Positions 27,698 through 36,794 of a stretch of 64,000 bases of DNA are shown piece by piece. The stretch comes from Candidatus Omnitrophota bacterium (GTDB taxonomy: Bacteria; Omnitrophota; Gorgyraeia; JAFGGP01), in contig JAFGGP010000030.1 of NCBI GenBank assembly GCA_016930485.1, positions 66,745 through 130,744 on the forward strand, written 5' to 3'. A model generated the notes under the pieces. That model saw only the letters and a list, made by a program, of their open reading frames with translations, was not told the origin of the DNA and made no database searches. Each line of letters begins with the position of its first letter. The stretch's first letter is position 1. The position numbers and the translations under genes are program-made.

Positions 27698-29563
27698 CTA
27701 TATCCTGATCCTCTCCAGCGAAACAATGATATCCTCCGCCTCGTTGACACTCTGGGTAAACCGGCCCCTGTCCTGCTTCACATCGGTAAACCGCATAAGG
27801 TCGCACTCCTCTAACAGTTTCTTTGTCTTGTGAATTAGCTCTTCAGAAACTCCCCGTCCCCGTAGCGTGTCGCAGAGTTCTATCGTGGTCATACCGGAGG
27901 CGGAGAGATTAAGTCTGTCAGCGATATACTCGGTTATCGCCCGGTACACCTCGCGGTATACGGCCTCTCCCGAATCCTGCTCTTTGAGTCTCTGCAGGGC
28001 CTTCTTTAGTCGTTTACGCGCAACCTTATGCGCCCGATGCAGCCGCGCATACCGCACATCCTGCGTCAATTTCCTGCGGTGCCGGGCATCGACAAAACAG
28101 ATAAACAGTATAAGCGGGCTCAAAAGATGGGCATATATAAAAAGCCTGTTTCTGTAAAGCGGTGTCTGTAACCCAGTCATCTGTCTTAATTCGGTCTTGA
28201 TATAACGAATATCCGTGGCAATAAGTGCAATCTCTTTTTTCTCAGTGTATGTTAGACTGGGCACAACCGGGCCTGTCGCCTGAAGGGCCTCCTGCGGTTT
28301 CACGGTTACGTTAATCGCGATCGGCTGTGTCGTAATTGTGCCATACTCTTTCGTCCTAGGGTTAAAAAAATGATAGGTGAGCGGCTCGAGTGTTGCCGTT
28401 CCGGCGCTCTTTGGAATTAATACCTTTTGAAAGGTTTTTTTGCCCCCTACTACATAATTATTTTTTGTGACCTCCTCGGAGCTCCCTGAATCGTAGACTT
28501 TACACATGTCCGGAACCGATACAACCGGATCCGAGAGGGTCCTTATATTGCCCCGACCTTCGATGCTTATAGTAAGTGTTACGGGATCGCCTTCCTGGAC
28601 TTCGAGTCTGTCGGCCTTGACCGACATGTCATACTGACCTACCGCCCCTGCAAAATCCCGGGGCCTGCCTTGTTCGGGAAGCGCCTTTACCTCAAGGGTG
28701 ATCGGGTCGGTGGTAAGAATAACCGGTTGACCCCGGCGAAAAATACTCATAGGATCCCGGTCGAATATATCAAAGGCGCTTCTTCTAAAAAAATCCTCTA
28801 TACGGTCAACACTTGCCTCAAGACGTGCAGGACCAATAACGTACTGGCCGGGCGCCGTCGGAAAGAGGGCGGTCTTTATCTCGGTAACCAGGTACCGTCT
28901 CCCGTTAATAACCTTATAGTACTTATTTTGAGGAGGCATATCCTCTGCCCAGAAACCAGTCGTGGAAGGCGGCGTATAAACTGGATTGTCAAACAGTTGA
29001 ACCGCCTGATAGAAAGCAAAGGTCAACGTCACCTGTTCATTGACATACGGCGTCAGATTGTCGACGTAGGTCTCTATAAACATCTCCTGTGCCCTGCCCT
29101 GTTCCTGGTCGCCGGTCTGTGGCAGGGACGGCTGCGATGACGGTCCTCTGGAAGACGGTGCCTGCGCATACCCTTGAGGGCCGCTGTCTGTCACCTCGAT
29201 CTCTAACGGCTCTGTTGAATACGTCTGCCCGTCATACGTAACACGGATGGGGCCTATCGTTTTCTTGCCGGTGGCGTTCGGCACGAGTATATAGGTAAAC
29301 GTCACCTGAGCAAATACCTGGGTATTGTGCACTGAGATATTCTGCGCGCGTCCCGAAGAGTAGGCGGTAAAATCGGCAAGGGGAGGAAACTGCGGCTCCG
29401 GAATCCTGCCCGTAGCCCCGGAGATAACTACGGTAAGCGTCACCGTCTCATTAATGGTCATCCTGTCTCTATCGAGAGAGGCCGCTATGGAGATATCGGC
29501 GGCAGAGGCCACTCCTGTGAACAGCCATAGACCGTAGACCGTAGACCATAGACCATAGACCAT
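27698..29563 (-). CDS. batD: BatD-like oxygen-tolerance protein
   Basis: ORF 27698..29632. The likely start, MVYGLWSTVYGLWLFTGVASA (ATG 29561-29563), gives a signal peptide. Large extracytoplasmic region, TM helix and C-terminal ECDLMRF block, as in BatD. Confidence 0.75.
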   Translation of the reverse strand: MVYGLWSTVYGLWLFTGVASAADISIAASLDRDRMTINETVTLTVVISGATGRIPEPQFPPLADFTAYSSGRAQNISVHNTQVFAQVTFTYILVPNATGKKTIGPIRVTYDGQTYSTEPLEIEVTDSGPQGYAQAPSSRGPSSQPSLPQTGDQEQGRAQEMFIETYVDNLTPYVNEQVTLTFAFYQAVQLFDNPVYTPPSTTGFWAEDMPPQNKYYKVINGRRYLVTEIKTALFPTAPGQYVIGPARLEASVDRIEDFFRRSAFDIFDRDPMSIFRRGQPVILTTDPITLEVKALPEQGRPRDFAGAVGQYDMSVKADRLEVQEGDPVTLTISIEGRGNIRTLSDPVVSVPDMCKVYDSGSSEEVTKNNYVVGGKKTFQKVLIPKSAGTATLEPLTYHFFNPRTKEYGTITTQPIAINVTVKPQEALQATGPVVPSLTYTEKKEIALIATDIRYIKTELRQMTGLQTPLYRNRLFIYAHLLSPLILFICFVDARHRRKLTQDVRYARLHRAHKVARKRLKKALQRLKEQDSGEAVYREVYRAITEYIADRLNLSASGMTTIELCDTLRGRGVSEELIHKTKKLLEECDLMRFTDVKQDRGRFTQSVNEAEDIIVSLERIRI

Positions 29564-29788
29564 CCGCCTCCGGCTGATGAAAAAAGTCTTCGGTTGATTG
29601 CCTGTGGTTTGTGGTTTGAAAAAATATACCATGGTTTATGTTTGAATCTGTTAAGGAGTAAAGTTTTTTATTTCACGACTCGCTCTGCGCTCGCTTGAAA
29701 AGTATGACCTTTGAGTTCTTCGATAGTCGGGCGCCTGCCCTCCGTAGCCTTGGCGAAGGAGGGATCTTCGGTCTATGGTCTATGGTCT
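29526..29788. repeat. AGACCRT heptamer array and its perfect 19-bp inverted partner, flanking the batC-batD junction
   Basis: Five tandem AGACCRT heptamers (with flanking partial words) at 29526-29563. agaccatagaccatagacc (29543-29561) is the exact reverse complement of ggtctatggtctatggtct (29770-29788). Confidence 0.9.
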
Positions 29789-29794
29789 TGTATA

Positions 29795-30658
29795 TTACCA
29801 GTCTTTTTCAACCCTGATGGCGTCCCTGGAAATAGTGGTTTTCTGTAACTCCTTTAACTGGTCTTTCTCCGCCTGACCCATGGCATTCAGTATTCGCTCG
29901 GCATCCTCTTTTGTCATCTCACTGCCTTGACCCTGTTTTTGTTGTGAAGAGGCTTGAGCCGCTTCTTTTTCTTCTCCGCTACCCTCTTCATTTTTATTGC
30001 CTTCTTCTTCCTCGCCAACTTCCCCGGAAGATTCTTCGGATCCATTCTCCTTTTCTTCCTCATGAACGGCCTGCGTCTTTTCTTTTTCCCCTTTTTCTCC
30101 CTGCTTTTCTTCCGACTGATTCGCTCCCTCTTCCTTATGTTGTGTCCCGCTCTGTGCACCTTGAGCCTGCTGCTGTTGTTGCGACATCCCTGTGCCTTCT
30201 TTTTTCTCGGCAGACTCCTTTAACTTTTTCTGTATCATCTCTATATTATACTTCGCGTCTTCGTCATCATCCCGCACCTCGAGACACTTTTTATAGTTTT
30301 CCAGGGCCTCCAGTAATTTTCCGGACCGGTAATTCGTATTTCCCAAATTATAATAGGTATCAGCCTGAAGCGCTATATCTTCGGTTCCGAGGGCCTGGGT
30401 ATATTCCTTTTCGGCCTCGTCAAACTTACCCTGCCGGTACAGTGCGTTTCCTATATTGTAGTGAATCTCGCTGGATGCCGGTGAGTCTATCTGTGCATCC
30501 CTGTAGAGCCTGAGCGCTTCATCGCTCTCTCCCCGTTCCAGGAGCCCGTTGGCCTCTTTGACCTTCGAGCCTACAGAGGCGGCCTCTGCAGTAACACAGC
30601 ACAGTATCGCTATAACCGTTATACCACAAAGGGTAAAAAGACGCCCTGTAGCCTTCAT
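29795..30658 (-). CDS. batC: BatC-like TPR protein with acidic low-complexity tail
   Basis: Start MKATGRLF overlaps the batB stop (ATGA). Signal peptide, TPR repeats (YNIGNALYRQGKF, YNLGNTNYRSGK), then an E/K/G/Q-rich low-complexity region. Confidence 0.7.
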   Translation of the reverse strand: MKATGRLFTLCGITVIAILCCVTAEAASVGSKVKEANGLLERGESDEALRLYRDAQIDSPASSEIHYNIGNALYRQGKFDEAEKEYTQALGTEDIALQADTYYNLGNTNYRSGKLLEALENYKKCLEVRDDDEDAKYNIEMIQKKLKESAEKKEGTGMSQQQQQAQGAQSGTQHKEEGANQSEEKQGEKGEKEKTQAVHEEEKENGSEESSGEVGEEEEGNKNEEGSGEEKEAAQASSQQKQGQGSEMTKEDAERILNAMGQAEKDQLKELQKTTISRDAIRVEKDW

Positions 30659-31677
30659 GATACCGCCCCCTTTTTGCGCAAGCTTACCTTCGGAACTCCG
30701 CACATCTCGATCGCCAACAGTAACCATGAGAGGATCAGGGGGATCTTAAACCGCTCCTCATAGCGTGTATAGACCCGGTCGCTCAGCTCCTTTTTTTCCA
30801 TGCTGGATATGTCGTCGTAAATGCTGTCAAGCTCGAGCTGCCCCGCAGTAGACCGGTAGTATTTCCCGTTGGTTGTTAACGCGATTTTCTGCAGGGTATA
30901 TTCGTCGAGCTTGCTCACAACAGGCGTCCCGTCGGCATCCTTCTTGTGTCCGATCACATTCCCAGCCTCATCTCTTATAGGAATAGGCTCTCCGGAAGGC
31001 GTCCCAATACCGATGGTGTATATCTTAATACCCTCTCTCTTCGCCTCCTCCGCCTCATTGATCGCGTCCCCCGTATGACTCTCGCCGTCGGTCATAAGAA
31101 TAAACACCTTATGTTTTCTCTCTTTCTTGATAAAGGCATCCCGTGCCGCCTGCACCGCCTTTGCCACCGAGGTACCGCCCACCGGGATGTACCCCGCGTC
31201 TATCTGCTGGACAAACATGCTGCATGCCTCATAATCCAGCGTCAGGGGACACTGCACAAAGCTCTCGCCGGCAAACAGTACAATGCCGATCCTGTCCCCT
31301 TTCAGTTTTTTTATCAGGCCTGAGACCTCCCGCTTGGCAGCAGCCAGGCGCGTCGGCTTTACATCCTCGGTAAGCATACTATCGGATACATCGATGGCGA
31401 CAATAATGTCGATCCCGCGTCTCTTCTCTATGCCTAATGTGGCGCCGAACTGCGGTCTGGCTATCGCCACAACCAGAAAAGCGCACGCGCAGACAATTAG
31501 GCCCGATCGCACCTTCTGTCGTGTGCGCAACGGGCGGGGAAACAGTCTCTCAGCGCCCGCCGAATCGGCAAAACGCAGCCTGAGCCGTTTCTTTACCTGA
31601 AAGACATAGACATAAAAAATAACGAGCGCCGGAACCAGTGCTAGTAGATTTAAAAAATGAATCGCTCCCCACTTCAT
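30655..31677 (-). CDS. batB: BatB-like von Willebrand factor A protein
   Basis: N-terminal TM helices, a vWA MIDAS-like DVSDSM and a C-terminal TM helix. Confidence 0.8.
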   Translation of the reverse strand: MKWGAIHFLNLLALVPALVIFYVYVFQVKKRLRLRFADSAGAERLFPRPLRTRQKVRSGLIVCACAFLVVAIARPQFGATLGIEKRRGIDIIVAIDVSDSMLTEDVKPTRLAAAKREVSGLIKKLKGDRIGIVLFAGESFVQCPLTLDYEACSMFVQQIDAGYIPVGGTSVAKAVQAARDAFIKKERKHKVFILMTDGESHTGDAINEAEEAKREGIKIYTIGIGTPSGEPIPIRDEAGNVIGHKKDADGTPVVSKLDEYTLQKIALTTNGKYYRSTAGQLELDSIYDDISSMEKKELSDRVYTRYEERFKIPLILSWLLLAIEMCGVPKVSLRKKGAVS

Positions 31678-31695
31678 AGTTAACCTTTCGTATTA

Positions 31696-32043
31696 GTCAC
31701 ATGTCGCCTGTCACAGGTCACCAGTTTTTAAATCAAAAATCAAGGTGCAAAAATCAAAATGGCATATCAAAATGTAAAAATTAATAAAGTCACCTGGTCG
31801 CCGGTCACATGTCACAAGTAAAAACCGCAAACCTAATTTTGAACCTTTTGTGTCATTCCGGGCTTGGCCCGGAATCCATTATTTCGCTTTTTCCCTTTCG
31901 GTGGCTTCCCGCTTCCGCGGGAATGACACAGGATTTGTTCATTTTGAATTTTACATTTGCCTGCCCTGAGTTGCATCGAAGGGTCATTTTGATATTTGAT
32001 GTTTGATATTTAATTTTACTTACCCGTGATTTTGTGACTTTGT
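31696..32043. repeat. 348-bp composite element between batA and batB (GTCAC arrays, AAATCAA/TTTGATA arrays, central ATTCCGGG-type hairpins)
   Basis: GTCAC arrays at 31696-31722 and 31789-31818 flank an AAATCAA array. atatcaaaatg (31764-31774) is an exact complement of cattttgatat (31985-31995). tgtgtcattcc (31849-31859) is an exact complement of ggaatgacaca (31920-31930). Local hairpins are attccggg-cttgg-cccggaat and ttcccgc-ttcc-gcgggaa. gtgattttgtgacttt sits at the right end. Confidence 0.85.
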
Positions 32044-33036
32044 CTAGGGTAATACCCGCAACGCGGTCCCGGATAGAACAATCTCGCTCAGTAATAGCAG
32101 CAGCGCCGGGATCAGAACCGTATTTGCCCGTTCGTCATACTCGACGTACTCCCGGGTCTGAATCTCCGTCTTTTCCAGTCTGTTAATATGTTCGTATATC
32201 TCGCCGAGTCCCTTTTCATCCTTTGCCCTGAAGTACAACCCGCCTGTGATCCGGGCGATTTCGTCCAGCGTCTTTTCATCGATCTCTGTTGCCATGCGCA
32301 CATACTGCCTGCCAAAAATCGGATGGTCAACCGGATAGAGTGCGCCGCCCGGCGTACCTGCGCCGATCGTATATATCTTGATGCCGAACGTCTTGGCAAC
32401 CCGCGCCGCGGTAATCGGGTCGATCTCGCCCTGATTGTTCACGCCGTCGGTAAGCAAAATAATGACCTTGCTCTTTGCGGTCGAGTCCTTCAGGCGATTC
32501 ACCGCGGTGGCGATCGCCGTACCGATGGCCGTGCCGTCGGCGATCATGCCGATGGTCACCTCGTCGGTAAGACGCTTGAGAATGCCGTAATCCAGGGTTA
32601 ACGGGCACTGTGTTATGGCGTACCGCGCAAAGACAACCATGCCGACGCGGTCGTGCTGCCGTTCATCGATAAATTTCTTGATCACCTCTTTTGCCGCACC
32701 GAGCCGGTTCTGCGGCTTAAAGTCTTCGGCCTTCATGCTGCCCGATATGTCAAGGGTCAGGATAATATCAACACCCTCGGTTATCAGCTCTTCCTCGGTT
32801 GTGCCGTACTGTGGCCGTGAAAGCCCGACAACCATAAGGGTTACAACGGCGACGCGCAACACAAAAGGAACGATACTTAAGCGCCTGCGCAGCGAGGGTG
32901 GGATCCGCCCAAAAGGGGCGGTCTGCGAATAGGTCACGCCGGCACGGTTCTGTGAAAACTGCCGGCGAAATATTACTATCAGCACCAGCCCTGCGAGCAG
33001 CAACAGATAGAGAGGATCGGCCAAACGCATATTCAT
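32044..33036 (-). CDS. batA: BatA-like von Willebrand factor A protein
   Basis: N-terminal TM helices, MIDAS DISGSM and a C-terminal TM helix. Start overlaps the upstream gene by 4 nt. Confidence 0.8.
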   Translation of the reverse strand: MNMRLADPLYLLLLAGLVLIVIFRRQFSQNRAGVTYSQTAPFGRIPPSLRRRLSIVPFVLRVAVVTLMVVGLSRPQYGTTEEELITEGVDIILTLDISGSMKAEDFKPQNRLGAAKEVIKKFIDERQHDRVGMVVFARYAITQCPLTLDYGILKRLTDEVTIGMIADGTAIGTAIATAVNRLKDSTAKSKVIILLTDGVNNQGEIDPITAARVAKTFGIKIYTIGAGTPGGALYPVDHPIFGRQYVRMATEIDEKTLDEIARITGGLYFRAKDEKGLGEIYEHINRLEKTEIQTREYVEYDERANTVLIPALLLLLSEIVLSGTALRVLP

Positions 33037-34235
33037 GAGATTGCCCCGCCTACCGAGGCGACATCCCCCGGTTGTACTGTTTCTGCCGGTGTCGTTATCT
33101 CAACAATGTGATACGCCTGTTTGGTATCTTCTTCAATGGTATGTCGCGGTGGTGCATACTTCGCAAATTTAACCAAGTCACACTCTTTTAAAAATGAATA
33201 CACCAGATCGACATGGTCTCTGTCGACCCTGTTGCGCCTGAGTTGGTGGTAAAACTCCCATGTTGTCCTGTCGAGTGCCACAATACTCCAGCGACCTTCG
33301 CTGTAGCGCCTGATGATATCGCTTAACCGGTCATAATACTCTTTGAGCTTCCCTTCTGCCAAAAGGGACGAACGGCATAGACTGTCCAGTTCTTCCCGCG
33401 CCGTGTCCTCGGGTGGGCGGCGTAACGTCTCCTCTTCCTTGTTTCTCCTGCGTAACCGAAGAATATACAAGGCCGCGGCAATGCCTCCCCCGATAAGCAC
33501 AATACCACCCATTACCCACCATACGCGCCGCAGATCCCGCGGCATCGCCCGTGTGCCCTTAATATCACGGACATCATCTCCGTCACCGGTCCGCCGTATG
33601 ACCGGTTTGACGGTAATAGTCCGCGCAGGGGCGGTTATCTCCCGGACAACACCGACGGCATCGGTATAGCTAAGGGTAACCGGCGGGATAGTATACTCCC
33701 CCAGGGTAAACGTAGTAATCAGGTACTCCTGGATATAGGTAATGCGCCCTTTCTTAACGGTAGGGCCGGTCACCTTGTAGTCTCTAATCTGAAATTCGTC
33801 GAGATTGGCCGCAAGCTCTGGGTACTCGAGTCGGATTCCCTCATCATGCTCCAGACGTAACACATACCGAACCGTATCACCTATGGTTACCTCTGTCCGG
33901 TCAACCTCGGCGGTGACCTCCGCCTCTTTTATTCCGTTCGCATCCTGCGCAAGAGAAAGTGGCACAGCAAAAAACCCCCACACAACCATACAGCACACCA
34001 GACCCATTGTAATAATTTTATCCCTCGCGGTAGGGCCTTTTATAATCCGGAGCGAGCCCTTGGGGACCGAAAAATACCTTGAGAGCAGGCGTATGACGTG
34101 TTTGTTTGCTTGGCCCTTATCCGGCGCGGCCGTCACCCACACCTTATAGGCATCCTCTCCAATCTGCTCCACTTTTTCGGCGCTGGCACGGGGGATGACC
34201 CGTATATGTATTCTTTTTTCCGACATTGAATTCAT
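33033..34235 (-). CDS. DUF167 (YggU-like) domain fused in frame to a short BatD-like / DUF4381-like membrane protein
   Basis: Residues 1-77 look like a complete DUF167 domain (IRVIPRASAEKV...KGQANKHVIRLLSRYFSVPKGSLRIIKGPTARDKII). An internal M begins a signal-peptide-like MGLVCCMVVWGFFAVPLSLA. This is followed by a BatD-N-like domain, a TM helix and an ECDLVKF block. No stop separates the two parts. Confidence 0.6.
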   Translation of the reverse strand: MNSMSEKRIHIRVIPRASAEKVEQIGEDAYKVWVTAAPDKGQANKHVIRLLSRYFSVPKGSLRIIKGPTARDKIITMGLVCCMVVWGFFAVPLSLAQDANGIKEAEVTAEVDRTEVTIGDTVRYVLRLEHDEGIRLEYPELAANLDEFQIRDYKVTGPTVKKGRITYIQEYLITTFTLGEYTIPPVTLSYTDAVGVVREITAPARTITVKPVIRRTGDGDDVRDIKGTRAMPRDLRRVWWVMGGIVLIGGGIAAALYILRLRRRNKEEETLRRPPEDTAREELDSLCRSSLLAEGKLKEYYDRLSDIIRRYSEGRWSIVALDRTTWEFYHQLRRNRVDRDHVDLVYSFLKECDLVKFAKYAPPRHTIEEDTKQAYHIVEITTPAETVQPGDVASVGGAIS

Positions 34236-34254
34236 ACTTTTCTACCCATTTTAA

Positions 34255-34414
34255 TAAACTCTAAACTCAAAATCCTAACCCCCGTTAGAAAATACATGTT
34301 GCAAGCTGCTCCCCTTTTGACAACCTTCTTTCTAACGGAGTAAACAAATCCAAAATCCAAATGCTCAAAAAGTAGCTACCCACGGGCAAGCCCGTAGAAC
34401 TCTGCCCTACGGGT
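34255..34414. repeat. Composite intergenic element (A-rich words, CCGTTAGAAA inverted pair, ACGGGC hairpin)
   Basis: ccgttagaaa (34282-34291) faces tttctaacgg (34329-34338). Words aaactctaaactcaaaatcc and aaatccaaaatccaaatgctcaaaaag. acgggc-aa-gcccgt hairpin near 34384-34397. Confidence 0.6.
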
Positions 34415-34422
34415 TATTAGAA

Positions 34423-35715
34423 TTAAGGCTGCTTTTTCCCTTTTCCCGAATTCTGCAATTCCTCAAGGACCTTATCATAGATCTCTACCCCCTGTGCCTC
34501 ACCCAGGGTGCCGGTCAGTTCCTCGAATTTCGCCCGTTCTTTTTCTCTTTGTATCTCCATAACAACCTGTTCTCTAACCTCATCCAGAGAGCGGACCCTC
34601 TCGGGGGTTTTGTCGATCACCTTGATAATATGCCATCCCTTCCGCGTCTCCAAAGGAATGCTGAACGCGTTTACGTCCATCTCAAAGGCCGCCTGGGCAA
34701 AATCGGCATCATCGCCCAATCCCGGAATATATCCGTCCCTCCGAATGGCCCCGACCCTCCCGCCTTTTCCCTTCGTCTCCTCGTCGAGCGAGAGTTCCTG
34801 AACCAGTGCGGTAAAGTCCTCGCCGTTATTGAGCCGGTCCAGCGCCGCCTGGGCCTCTTTCTGGGTCGCGACCACAATCTGGGCTATGGTCACTGTCGCG
34901 GGAATCGTAAACTTATCCTTATGCGCCCGGTAATAGAGATCGATGTCAGCCTCGGAGATCTCGATCTTGCTGAGCACCTCATCCTGATAGAGCTTTTCCA
35001 CCATGAGCTGTTTTTTGGTCATATTCGTCAGATCGACTACCTGGGCGTCTTTGTCAAAACCGCGTCGCCTGGCGGCCTCATAGAGTAATTCGCTGGTGAC
35101 ATATTTACCGAGAAAATCCTGCATCTTCGCCGGTGACCCAAACTGTCCGCGTAGCTCGTCGGGTAACTTCTCTATCTGCCCCTGTAGTTCACTCAAGGTG
35201 ATCTTGCGTTCACCGAGCCGGGCCACGACAATGTCATTGTCCGAAAGAGTGCTTTTTTCTTCTGTCTCCTCCCGATCGCCGCCCAGGGCGGTCGCCTGCT
35301 GCAAAAGCCGCTGGGCCTCGCGGGTTCTGCCCAGTCGCTCCAGACACTCGATAATCCGTCTGTCGATCTCGGAAAGCAGCTGCGTCTCCGGTACAATCAG
35401 CTTTGCCTTGAGATACTGTCCGACTGCGCTCTCATAGTCGCTCAGGTGATCCATATAGATATTGCCGATTAAGAAGTTGAGGTGGGCCCTCTTCTCCCTG
35501 TCCAGCGAGGGATCGGCAAGATACGTCTGGTACTGTTCGATGGCCTGGTCGTAAAGCCGGTAATCAATCAGTTCGTCGGCGTATTCCTTGATAAAGGCAA
35601 AGTCGATATTTGAGGCCAGCTTCTTTTCACACGGACCCCCGGTCATAAGCCAGATAGCGCCGATCACAAACAGGGTCGTCAAAACTGTGGTAATGATGAT
35701 AAACGTCTTACCCAT
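34423..35715 (-). CDS. Membrane-anchored TPR / SurA-N / parvulin-type peptidyl-prolyl isomerase
   Basis: N-terminal TM anchor and a TPR-like region. Parvulin domain pattern (ATVTIAQIVV...GGRVGAIRRDGYIPGLG...GWHIIKV). Confidence 0.75.
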   Translation of the reverse strand: MGKTFIIITTVLTTLFVIGAIWLMTGGPCEKKLASNIDFAFIKEYADELIDYRLYDQAIEQYQTYLADPSLDREKRAHLNFLIGNIYMDHLSDYESAVGQYLKAKLIVPETQLLSEIDRRIIECLERLGRTREAQRLLQQATALGGDREETEEKSTLSDNDIVVARLGERKITLSELQGQIEKLPDELRGQFGSPAKMQDFLGKYVTSELLYEAARRRGFDKDAQVVDLTNMTKKQLMVEKLYQDEVLSKIEISEADIDLYYRAHKDKFTIPATVTIAQIVVATQKEAQAALDRLNNGEDFTALVQELSLDEETKGKGGRVGAIRRDGYIPGLGDDADFAQAAFEMDVNAFSIPLETRKGWHIIKVIDKTPERVRSLDEVREQVVMEIQREKERAKFEELTGTLGEAQGVEIYDKVLEELQNSGKGKKQP

Positions 35716-35733
35716 TGTTTTCCTCCACTTTTT

Positions 35734-35796
35734 GAGCTTTCAGCCGTCAGCCCTCAGCTTTTCGCGAGCTGAAAGCTGGTGGCCAATAGCTGAAGG
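35734..35796. repeat. Word-array hairpin, NTCAGCN family
   Basis: gagc tttcagc cgtcagc cctcagc tt, loop ttcgc, then gagctgaa agctggt ggccaat agctgaa gg. Lies between the DUF58 and PPIase genes. Confidence 0.75.
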
Positions 35797-35807
35797 TGCT
35801 GTGTGCC

Positions 35808-36686
35808 TTACCGGAATTTTTTCGCGCGTCTCTTAAAAAATGCGATAAGCGGTTTAATATACGACTGATCCGTAAAAAATTCTATGAAATCAATATCATT
35901 GGCCCTGAAAAAGTCCTTGAGCCCCATACGCTCCTGCGAGCGCCGTTCGGAAAACTCCTGCCGTAATGTCCTATCCGAGGTATCGATAAGCTCCAGCTCG
36001 CCGGTCTCGGCGTCCTTGAGCTTGATGAGGCCTACATTCGGCAAAGACATCTCGCGGGGATCGGTAATAATAATGGGGACGATATCATGTTTTTTGCCGA
36101 TAATCTTGAAGGACCGGGAAAAATCGGGACTAAAAAAATCGGATATCAAAAAGACGACCGCCCGTTTTCTGATAACGCGGCCCAGATAGTCGAGCGCAAC
36201 ACGGATATTGGTCTGCCGGCTCCTCGGTTGAAAGTACAACAGGTCGCGAATAACGCGTAACACGTGCCGGCGCCCTTTCTTGGGGGGTATGAAGTTCTCG
36301 ACGGTATCGGAGAAAAGAATGAGGCCAATCTTGTCGTTATTGGTTACGGCGCTGAACGCGAGTACCGCGGCAAGCTCGGCGAGCATCTCCGATTTGGTGC
36401 GCTGCGCGGTGCCGAATACACAGGAAGAACTGACATCGGCCAGAATAATGCTGGTCAGCTCGCGTTCTTCGGTAAAGAGCTTGACATACGGCCGGTTCAT
36501 CCGCGCGGTGACGTTCCAGTCGATCGATCGGATATCGTCACCGGGAAAATACTCCCGCACCTCGGCAAACTCCATGCCCCGGCCCTTAAAGACACTTTCG
36601 TACTGGCCGGCAAAAGTCTCTGTCACGAGTTTCCCGGTCGCGATTTCAATTTGACGAACTTTCTTGAGGATCTCTTTTGGAATCAT
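35808..36686 (-). CDS. DUF58-family (vWA-like) protein, MoxR partner
   Basis: FEFAEVREYFPGDDIRSIDWNVTAR is the hallmark DUF58 block. Sits downstream of MoxR, the usual position. Confidence 0.85.
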   Translation of the reverse strand: MIPKEILKKVRQIEIATGKLVTETFAGQYESVFKGRGMEFAEVREYFPGDDIRSIDWNVTARMNRPYVKLFTEERELTSIILADVSSSCVFGTAQRTKSEMLAELAAVLAFSAVTNNDKIGLILFSDTVENFIPPKKGRRHVLRVIRDLLYFQPRSRQTNIRVALDYLGRVIRKRAVVFLISDFFSPDFSRSFKIIGKKHDIVPIIITDPREMSLPNVGLIKLKDAETGELELIDTSDRTLRQEFSERRSQERMGLKDFFRANDIDFIEFFTDQSYIKPLIAFFKRRAKKFR

Positions 36687-36690
36687 TTGT

Positions 36691-36792
36691 GAGTGCTCAA
36701 GTTCTTCGGGTTCTACGAGTTCACGAGTTAAAAAAATGATTCGATAACAAAATCGAACCCGAGTAACCCGCGAACTGGCGAACCCGTGAACT
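36691..36792. repeat. Word-array hairpin, CGGGTT/CGAGTT family
   Basis: gagtgctcaagttcttcgggttctacgagttcacgagtt, A-rich loop, then cgaacccgagtaacccgcgaactggcgaacccgtgaact. Lies between moxR and DUF58. Confidence 0.8.
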
Positions 36793-36794
36793 AT

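Noticed and set aside
31809-32006. 65-aa plus-strand ORF inside the batA-batB spacer
   Set aside because: It is a translation of the composite repeat (hairpins and TTTGATA words). It has no start context and is antisense to the operon.
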